Source: an uncultured Nitrososphaerales archaeon
Lineage (GTDB): Archaea; Thermoproteota; Nitrososphaeria; Nitrososphaerales; Nitrososphaeraceae
Direction of reading: 5' to 3'
Length of the DNA stretch: 64,000 nucleotides
Assembly: GCA_963713605.1 (NCBI GenBank)
Contig: CAVQMO010000003.1
Span: 414,841 to 478,840, forward strand
Part shown: piece by piece, positions 55,874-64,000 of the stretch
Numbering within the stretch: position 1 is the first letter of the stretch
How the letters are laid out: each line of letters starts with the position of its first letter
Program-made: the position numbers and the translations under genes
Notes under the pieces: generated by a model
Database searches by the model: none
What the model was told of the DNA's origin: nothing
Seen by the model: only the letters and a program-made list of their open reading frames with translations

Positions 55874-55964
55874 TAATAAAATAGCGCCAGTAACTAGTTG
55901 ATTGTCAAATACTCGCTATACTTACCCCGCTCCCGGGGTCTACAAGTTACTGCTAATTTTATTA
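55874..55964. promoter_or_regulatory. Long imperfect inverted repeat with internal GC hairpin upstream of the radA-polB2 operon
   Basis: TAATAAAATAGCGCCAGTAACTAGTTGA versus the reverse complement of TCTACAAGTTACTGCTAATTTTATTA; internal ACCCCG-CTCC-CGGGGT. Confidence 0.45.
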
Positions 55965-56007
55965 ACAAAGAGTCAAGAATAGTTTAACATATACTGTCGT
56001 GATGCAC

Positions 56008-57029
56008 ATGACTAGCCGTCTGAAAGAAGTTGATATGGAAGAGATCCCAGATATCACTAGCGATTTGATTAATAAGTAAAAAAATTGAATATTAACTCGG
56101 TTTATCAGTTAGCAGTCCAGAATCCGGCCGAACTTGCATTAGAGTTTGAAGATACGTCGCTTAGCGCCAAGTCAGCTTCTACACTCATCGCAAATGCCAG
56201 AAAAATTCTTATTGATAACAATGTATGTCCGAAGAGTTTCTAACTGCAGATGATTTGTTAGAAAAGCGGAACAAACTATCTAGATATGCAACTGGTTCTG
56301 AAGACTTCGATAACTTACTAAATGGGGGTTTTGAAACCCAAGCGATCACTGAGCTGGTGGGGGAATTTTCGTCCGGAAAATCTCAAGTCTGTCACACGTT
56401 ATGTGTTTCCGCAAGCAAACTTATCGAAAATAACCCGGACGGTGACGCGGGGAACATAATTTTCATAGATTCGGAGAATACTTTCAGAGCTAATAGAATA
56501 CATCAAATTGTGAGCAACGGGGACTTGACCCATTACCCATTCTAGAAAAGATCTTTCATTGTCAAGTCTATAGTAGCGAACATCTAGAGTCAATCATAGA
56601 TGATTTGGATAAATCAATTGAGCAGTACAATGCCAAGATTGTGATAATAGACAGCATAATAAGTCTTCATAGAGCCGAGTTCTCTGGACGCGGAACACTA
56701 GCAGAACGACAGCAAAGACTTGGAAAGATGCTAAACAAGTCAGACGATATGCTGATATTTACAACATAGCGGTTGTGATAACCAACCAAGTAGTGTCGTA
56801 CCCCGACGGCACGCATCCGGGATTTGATTCCATGAAAGCGGCTGGTGGGAACATAGTAGCTCATGGCTCTACATATCGAATATTTCTCAGAAAATCTGGC
56901 AAGAACAGAGTGGCTACAATGGAAGACTCACCCTGCCAACCATATCAACGAGTGAAATTCTCAATCTCAGAAAGCGGAATCCAAGATGCTAGTTCTTATA
57001 AAACAGAAGAGAGTGATTCGGGTTGGTAG
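56008..57029 (+). CDS. radA: RadA/Rad51-family recombinase paralog; about 4 frameshifts, possibly a pseudogene
   Basis: N-terminal HhH-like region, F.TA polymerisation-like motif, TGS..FD.LL.GGFETQAITELVGEFSSGKSQ, FIDSENTF, IVIIDS, HRAEFSGRGTLAERQQ, ITNQV, GGNIVAH, EDSP. Confidence 0.85.
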
Positions 57030-58865
57030 AATCTTTACATTATAGTAAGTATGATGAGAATGCCCGTAATTCTAGTTCTCAAATACTTAGTAATTTATAT
57101 CCAGATCCAAAATCTCTTCCAACTCCACCGGCTTTACGTGAGCCGATTCCATCTGTTACATTATCTGAGCTCGAAGCTGGAAAATATACTTCAATAACGG
57201 TGAGAATTGCATATATCAGAACTACCGAAAAGCCAGATGCTCTTGGAGAGAAAATTGTCTTTACCGGCGTGCTTGAAGATTCTACATCTAAAGTATCATT
57301 TGTTAGCCATAAGATTGCGTATCCACTCATTCGGGATTCAGCTTATAGAATTCATTCAGCGTACGTTCATGAATTTCCAGACCGATCTTTATTAGTAGTG
57401 ATAACAGAATTCACTAAACTAGAGCCAAAGAATGTGGAAGATATCCGTGACTTTACATGGATTCCAAAGATCGGGGCTATCAATAGACCAGTTAGACATA
57501 TCTTTTTGAATGGAACTATTTCAACTATACATAGCACGTCTGGTCTAATCAAGCGCTGAAACAAATGTAGATCACTGATTCTGTACGACGCTAATAAGTG
57601 TCCCAATGAGTGTGGTATGGGCTATGCGTGGGATCTTCGGATATCAAGCAAGTTGTATGATGGGTCGGGCGCAATCAAAATGGTCTTGACCAAAGATTTT
57701 GCTGCTAAAGTGTTACAGCGAAACTTGAGCCAACTCATCTTAAATGCTTCATTGAATCAGAATAGTCAACAAGAACAAACTCAATCGAATAATAATTCTA
57801 TCTCAACTCTCACTATAGAAATTCCATCTTCATTTGACGTAGAAGAAGCAGTTCTTCCCGATTCTGTCTCGCCATCACTCTATACAAGATCTGATAAGTT
57901 AATTGTATCTAACGGCCCAAATCTGGTCTATTTCTCAGTAAATGATACTGACTTGAAAGCTAAATTTGCAGAACTGAATGTTAGACATCTCGATGCCAAT
58001 GGAGTGAATCTATGGAAGATACTAAAATTATCAGAAGATTGGTTGAGCGCGCGATTTCAATGAGCGTTCAAGATACTACAGAAAAGCGGATGAGACATGG
58101 AATATATCTACTTGAAGATCCAATTTCACTTTACAGATGCGAAAGAGCCAAGCTATATTTGGGATTTTCTGTGGATGTCAGAATCAATACACAACAACAA
58201 TACCGACACAAGCTGCAACTGACCATAGAACTAAGTCCACATGCTTACGTTCGGGAAACCGTACTCGACTACATTAGAATGCGAAGAGAAGCTGGTGCTA
58301 CCGCAAACGCGGTCATTCGCATGCTACTAAACTATCGAAGTAAAGTAATTGTAATCCGACTGGGCATTATGGTAGTATAGTTGACGTAATTTCTAGAAAA
58401 GCGAGCCAGCAAATAGTATCTGAACTAGATAATCGAAACTTGGTCGAATTTTGGAAGCAAGTTTATGACATCGAGATCTCACCCGATGAGATACCACTTC
58501 TAAATATTAAGATGTTGAACTCTGAGAACACTTTTACTTACCCTGCTAGCGTCTGTTACTTCGGCCAAGAATCATTGTATATTCCGGCTTCAGTTCAGAA
58601 ATTCATTGAATACAAACAGTCAAGGCTTATTCCAAGAATGTATGATGTTGTTAAAAAAGCGGTTAAAGATCTGAAGATTGGAGATGACATAGAAATTCAT
58701 CCGATCAGTGACGTGTATCGGGTGAATAACAGAGAAAATATGCGGCGACAAATACTTGAAGAAACTAGAAAGAAGCTTTACGGTAGAAATATTCATGCGC
58801 GTGGTTCAGTCATGTACGTCCATGATGAGCTGTGGTTTTTTCCGAATCAGCTTCATATTTCTTAG
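57023..58865 (+). CDS. RPA-like two-OB-fold/Zn-ribbon protein with an inserted Argonaute N-L1-PAZ(-L2)-like region; about 610 aa after repair
   Basis: OB1 (GVLEDST.KV.F...YRIHSAYVHEF); OB2 SGLIKR*NKC..CPNEC..WDLRI..KLYDGSG; L1-like KLYLGFSVDV...ETVLDYI; PAZ-like NLVEFWKQVYDIEISPDEIPLL...FTYPASVC; OB2 tail EETRKKLYGRNIHARG. In-frame TGA at 57557; frameshifts near 58005 and 58353. Confidence 0.7.
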
Positions 58866-58872
58866 TGATAAA

Positions 58873-59739
58873 ATGTCACAATCAGCCAACTCATCCCAGG
58901 TCTATTTCTCCGCAATGAAATGTGCTCTCGATCTGTTAGACCAGCAAAATACCTTACAAAAAGATGTCTACCGGATCGGCAGAGATTGATTCGCTGGTAG
59001 ACGGGGTCCAACAGGGTTCATTTTACTTATTCTATAGTAGTCACGAAAATCACTATTCTCGACTCTCTATTATATCGGCAATTAATCGGGTGCGTATTGC
59101 CAAAAAGCAAGAAGAAGAATGGCTTTGAGTCTATTGCAATGCTTTGCAATAATATCGACTTCTCTATAAATAGAAACAAGCATCAATTATTAAATCCAGA
59201 AAAGATTGCAATTACATCAAAATACGCAGGGATAGAGCCGAAAATTGTGTTCAAGAATTTGTATGTTCATACTGCATATAACGTAGAACATCAAGTAACA
59301 ATTGCAGAAGAAATTGCTAGCAAGATAGAATCAAATCCGGACATTAAACTTCTTGCAATAAGAGATCTAACCAAGTTTCTTGCCAGAGATACAAATGCAA
59401 GTGATGATGCTAATACACTAAAGAAGACTCTGGGAACAGTTTACAGAGCGTGCACTAAAAATAAAGTTGCCATTGTCGCAACGGGAGAATGTAATGTTGC
59501 TAATAATGGATTTATTCCCAAACCGGCCGGGGGAATGTATCTAAAACATACGGCAAATATTATCGTGCATATTAAACCAAATTTCTGGTCTACAACCAAC
59601 AATAGTACCTGTAAGTCCATCTGTCTCATTCAAAGCATCTATGATTAAGCATCAGTATCAGAAAACTCCCAAAGCAGTTAACTTTTACGCCAGAAGAATC
59701 GGTAAGCGAATGAACCCAATGCTATACATATTGGATTGA
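58873..59739 (+). CDS. Inactivated RadA-like protein of the PolB2 operon (several frameshifts)
   Basis: MSTGSAEIDSLVDGVQQG, then FYLFYSSHEN in place of Walker A; CVLPKSKKKNG, NLYVHTAYNVEHQ, LLAIRDL, PKPAGGMYLKH, MIKH. Confidence 0.7.
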
Positions 59740-59745
59740 ATTTTC

Positions 59746-60110
59746 ATGGGGAGAATAACACCAAGTTTTAGACAGCTTTACGAAGAAACAATTGCCGAAC
59801 TAAAATCCGAACTTCAATCGGCCATGGTTGATCTGGGTCATAAAAGCGCATTTGATTCATTACTAAAAGACGCGTGGAGTCGCGAACAAGTCGCTATGGG
59901 TAACTCCACTCTGCCGACTGTTTGCGATAAATTAAATCTGATCGCTTCAATTCATAATAGAAAGATTACTGCCCATTGGCTAGAGAGTTGAAAGACAAAG
60001 ATTCAAAGATAAATCAGTTTTCAGGCAGAATAGGTGAACTCGAAAATACCGTAAAGATCATTATGGATAAGTTAAAAACTGAACCAAATGATCTTGACAT
60101 ACCAACATAG
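59746..60110 (+). CDS. arCOG07300-like small helical protein (PolB2-associated), frameshift near 59972
   Basis: Diagnostic MGRITPSFR start, AFDSL, coiled-coil tail; directly precedes the polymerase. Confidence 0.75.
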
Positions 60111-60116
60111 CAAGAA

Positions 60117-62281
60117 ATGGTTATTCAAACTGCAGACGGCTGGATTCTAGATGTTATACAAGACTCTGCTACTAGCGATATTAATGTACTCATTAAATTA
60201 CAAGATAGTAATCTAATCAGTTTCAAGCAAAAACTCAAAGATTATACATTATATATACAGCCAAAAACTACTTCAGCTGGAGAAGATCTCTTTCAGCAAC
60301 TATCAAGAAATGACGAAATAATCAAGAAACTATTTTGGGATGAAAAGTATATTGATCTTACTGACAGGAACAAGACACAATTAATAGGAATAGTGCTAGA
60401 AAATATCCAATCACAAGACTATCAAAAGTTCATCAAGAAATTGGCGACAGATTCTAGAGTTACGTTCTTTGTTTAATACGGAATTGTCTGTCATTCATCA
60501 ATTTATTTACAATCAACTAAGAATTGCGCCTATAAGCAAGGTTAGAATTGATTACGATGAAAAAGAGTTGATAACTATTTCGAAAGTAGACGATAGTCAA
60601 GAGATAGCCATGCCCCCGTTCAAGATCATGCATGTTAGGATCGGGGATGACAATAAAAATGACGAAATAACATTCAAAGTTAGACTCGAGAATGGAACAT
60701 CAGACGTATATAATGAATTGTCCTATGAGAACTTTATTTCGTGTATCAAAGAAAATAAGTCAAACATTGCAATCATATACGAAGATTACCAATATGATTA
60801 TGACATTGCTAACTCAATAGATAATATAATTACCGAACACTGTAATCAAACCGTAGTCATACATAGCCGTGACACGGTTGAAGATGTTTCTCCTGTTGAA
60901 TTAGTTGAGAAAGCGCGATTCAGTTATCTACCTATAAAGCATGCTTCGAAGTATGGCATGTTAAGACTTATCGATAGTAGAATTACATACGAATTACTTC
61001 AGAGAGATTTTGTTGTCCCAAAGCGGCAGTCAATATCTAAGCATCACGAACAAATCAGGACGCTAAATGATATTATAGAAATGGATAAAGGCTGGAATGA
61101 TTATATCTCCTGAGATTGGTTTGCATGAGAATGTAGCGGTCTTGGATTTTAACGATGAATATGCAAACATAATTACAGGACATAATATTAGCTACGAGAA
61201 TCTATCTCATGATGGCTTTACAATAGATGACCAAACATCTTTACTTCCATTAATTGTACAAGAACTTGTCGAAAGACGTGTTTACATGAAACAATTTCTA
61301 AAGACCCAACAAGCAGACAGTATTCTTTACTCTAACTGTGAAGCCCGCTTAGATATACTAAAGCAAATACTTGTTTGTCTATATGGCACGTCCGGATCGA
61401 TATGGAATAGATACAGTAATGTGCGAGTCTTTGAAGAGATAAATAGACATGCAAGACTGATATTACTAAAGACGAAAGATATCGTGCAGAAAGCTGGTTT
61501 TGAGCTGATCTATGCAGACACTGATGCAGTTTTTCTTAAGAAAAAAGACGCAACAAGAAAAGAGTATGAAGAGATTATGAATGAACTTGTAAGCGCGACT
61601 GGTCTCCAAATGACTTTAGATTTTCATTACAAATTCTTAGTGTTACTATACATAGAGGCAGACGAAAAGATGGAAGCTCGTAAGCACTATTATGGACTCA
61701 CATACGAAAACCGACTAATTACTCGGGGCATCGACACGCGCAGACATGATTCCCCTATGTTCATAAAAGAATTTCAAAGAACTTTACTCACACAGTTATT
61801 TAATTGTAATAGTTCCGAAGAAGTTCAAACAGTGGGCTATGAGCATGCTCTCATGTATATCACTGAAAGCATTGATAAATTAATGGATGGTAACGTCCAA
61901 ATAACAGATTTAGTTATCTCCAAGTTACTACGACAGAATATCGAGAAGTACAGAAGTTTATTTCCCCATGTTTCAGCAGCTATTAGATTGAATGTATCCG
62001 GAGTCACTACTAACCGCGGGGACAATATTCAATACATCCACACAGACTCGAATCATACAGACCCGCTCCAACGAATAACACCCGCCAGACTAATCTCTTC
62101 TGAAAATTATGATAAGGAGAAATATGTTGAAATGCTACTCGACTCAGCGGAAGCCGTGCTATCTATATTCGAATTTAGTCGGTCATTATTTGGGTTTGAC
62201 AGAAAGAAAGCGTACCATTGGTGGGACGAGATATATCAACAACGCGAGCGAGATATTGAGTCGGCAAAAACAGAATTATGA
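60117..62281 (+). CDS. polB2: Family B DNA polymerase, PolB2 type; frameshifts near 60470 and 61090
   Basis: GWILD N-terminus, DKG/GMIISPEIGLHENVAVLDFNDEYANII..HNISYE, K.ILVCLYG..G, YADTDAVF, K.YYG, RGIDTRRHD, YDKEKY; no exonuclease motifs recognised. Confidence 0.88.
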
Positions 62282-62778
62282 AATTGGAGTCTATAGATGA
62301 GTCTATTTCCAGATGTTTTTGTGTGTCAATAAAACTTGGCCAAGAACATTATGATTTTCAATAAACTGTCTCGGCAGCAATAGCGAGCAAGCTCGGACAA
62401 AGTTTGTAATATGATTAAAATAAACAATCAGTCAGTCCGTCTAGTCAACTGACTAGGATGATTTTTATCTATAAACTTCTATTTGTCCATTACTAACTGA
62501 CTAACATCTGGATCCTCACTTTTACGAGTCGCAAATTATATTAAACTATATTAGACTGGTAATTTTCGAGAGTGGGCAGCCGAGTCTCATAGGCGGTTTT
62601 GCAAAGTCAAGCAAATGATCCATATTTCCTTATCCTTGTCACGCATATTTTTTGAATGATGTTTGAACCACTTCTCAAACAATCCATCAATAAGTCGACG
62701 AGTTCATTTGAATAAAATTCAATCAACAAAATATGTGAGCAAGTTCAAATATTTACATGTGCTAGCATGGTCTATATA

Positions 62779-63171
62779 TCATGCTCTAGAAGAACTAGAG
62801 TTACCAATATAAAATATTCTTCTCCAATATCTATTAACTAATTTTATAGACTCAAATATACTGTCCCAATACGAGACAGACAAGTTAATTGAATTATATT
62901 TTATCTCATCGCTGAGTTGGTTTTGTATGTAACCATAACAATCATCATTCAAAGCTATCTGAGAAGAATTTGGGATGTGTACCAATTTTCGTATATCATT
63001 ATTGTTTTGAGTAGAAGCACTGCGGCGATGTGTATGAATTCTTTCATCAGTAGACATCGAGCAAGATGAGCATACGAAACGTAATACATCCTGGCAGATA
63101 TCACAATACGAATGTGGTATGAGAGTTGCTCCACATCGTACACAAACAGTCGAACCCATACGCTCCGGCAA
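62779..63171 (-). CDS. Hypothetical Zn-ribbon protein (three CxxC pairs)
   Basis: CVRCG..L....CDIC....RFVCSSC...TDERIH. Confidence 0.6.
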   Translation of the reverse strand: MPERMGSTVCVRCGATLIPHSYCDICQDVLRFVCSSCSMSTDERIHTHRRSASTQNNNDIRKLVHIPNSSQIALNDDCYGYIQNQLSDEIKYNSINLSVSYWDSIFESIKLVNRYWRRIFYIGNSSSSRA

Positions 63172-63431
63172 TCGCTATCAGATCTTTTATGTATTCAGGA
63201 ACAAAGTTATCGAAGTAGTTTAATGTCTTTGCTCCTATTTTCGAATTATTAATACACTTTTTTAGATGGTTTCTTACTGGTTCCTGATCGTCTCTATCTC
63301 GAACCAGTCAGGTGTTCGTTCTAGATGAGACAACGCCTAACTTCGCACTTCGTATTACAACGTCGGCTACAACTAGATATTAACGGTTCGCAAAATTGAC
63401 TCACATACCACCGAACCGGAAAGAAATACTA

Positions 63432-64000
63432 TTAGCAATTAGAGACTACGTCTAAATTCGAATCTACAATGTGAACCTGAGTCGTATTAACGGTAAAATT
63501 AGCAGTCTTCACACTGTTACAATCAAATAAAGAATCATCAAGATCTGCAAGATGTAGAGATGCGTTAGTGAGATACGAACCTCGTAAATCTGCTTGTGTC
63601 AGATCGGCATGGCGGAGGCTTGCATTTGTAAGATTAGCGTGACCAATAATTGCACGGTTTAGATTAGCATTTGATAGATCAGCGTTTGCCAGGTTGGCGA
63701 AATCAATAATAGCACGGTTTAGATTAGCATTTGATAGATCAGCATCTTTTACTGACATTTGATAGATCAGCATCTGTCAAATCGGCATAACTTAAGTCGA
63801 CATCCGTCAGATTGGCATAACGGAGATCCGCATCCAACAAGTCGGCATCAAGTAGGTATGCATCAGTAAGATCAGCGTACCGGAAATCGGCATCAGTAAG
63901 ATCAGCGTACCGGAAATCGGCATCAGTTAGATTAGCACCGATAAAAAGTGAATTAGTTACATCGGCATTCGCAAATAAAGCATCTTTTAAGTTAGCATCG
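63432..64000 (-). CDS. Pentapeptide repeat protein, partial at the window edge and frameshifted
   Basis: A(D/N)Lxx repeats (ADLSNANLNRAII, ADLTDADFRY); exact 30-nt DNA tandem at about 63860-63927. Confidence 0.85.

Noticed and set aside
60117..62281. Casposon or pipolin (self-synthesising element) interpretation of the PolB
   Set aside because: No cas1 or integrase, terminal inverted repeats or protein-primed TPR-type features were recognised. The arCOG07300-like and inactive RadA neighbours fit the PolB2 clade.

Overview
AT-rich archaeal DNA that most likely comes from a soil ammonia-oxidising archaeon (Nitrososphaeraceae). This rests on gene content and order: rpl44e/rps27e, a short cobQ in a cobalamin cluster, a PEFG-CTERM protein, FxLYD and DUF6659-like proteins, and a putative acryloyl-CoA reductase. 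Positions 1-39.5 kb are mainly housekeeping: cobalamin completion genes, asd, cyoE, nep1, rpp21, rps19e, thermosome, guaB, smc, HMG-CoA reductase, a his operon split by a cysteine-hydrolase/solo-Cas4-like insert, cinA-like and tmk. Several essential genes carry single frameshifts, which points to an indel-prone assembly. From about 39.6 kb the region is accessory: small secreted proteins, gene relics, a high-GC muconolactone isomerase, a Prim-Pol/SF3-helicase replicon gene with a candidate origin, and a five-gene operon at 56.0-62.3 kb. That operon is radA paralog - RPA-like protein - inactivated RadA-like protein - arCOG07300-like protein - PolB2-type polymerase. The most striking observation concerns the RPA-like gene. 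After repairing one in-frame stop and two frameshifts, it appears to carry the N-L1-PAZ(-L2) half of an Argonaute inserted inside its C-terminal Zn-ribbon OB fold, and no MID/PIWI gene is present in the window. All family calls are by-eye motif recognition; no searches were run. No tRNA, rRNA, CRISPR array, integrase or transposase was recognised.
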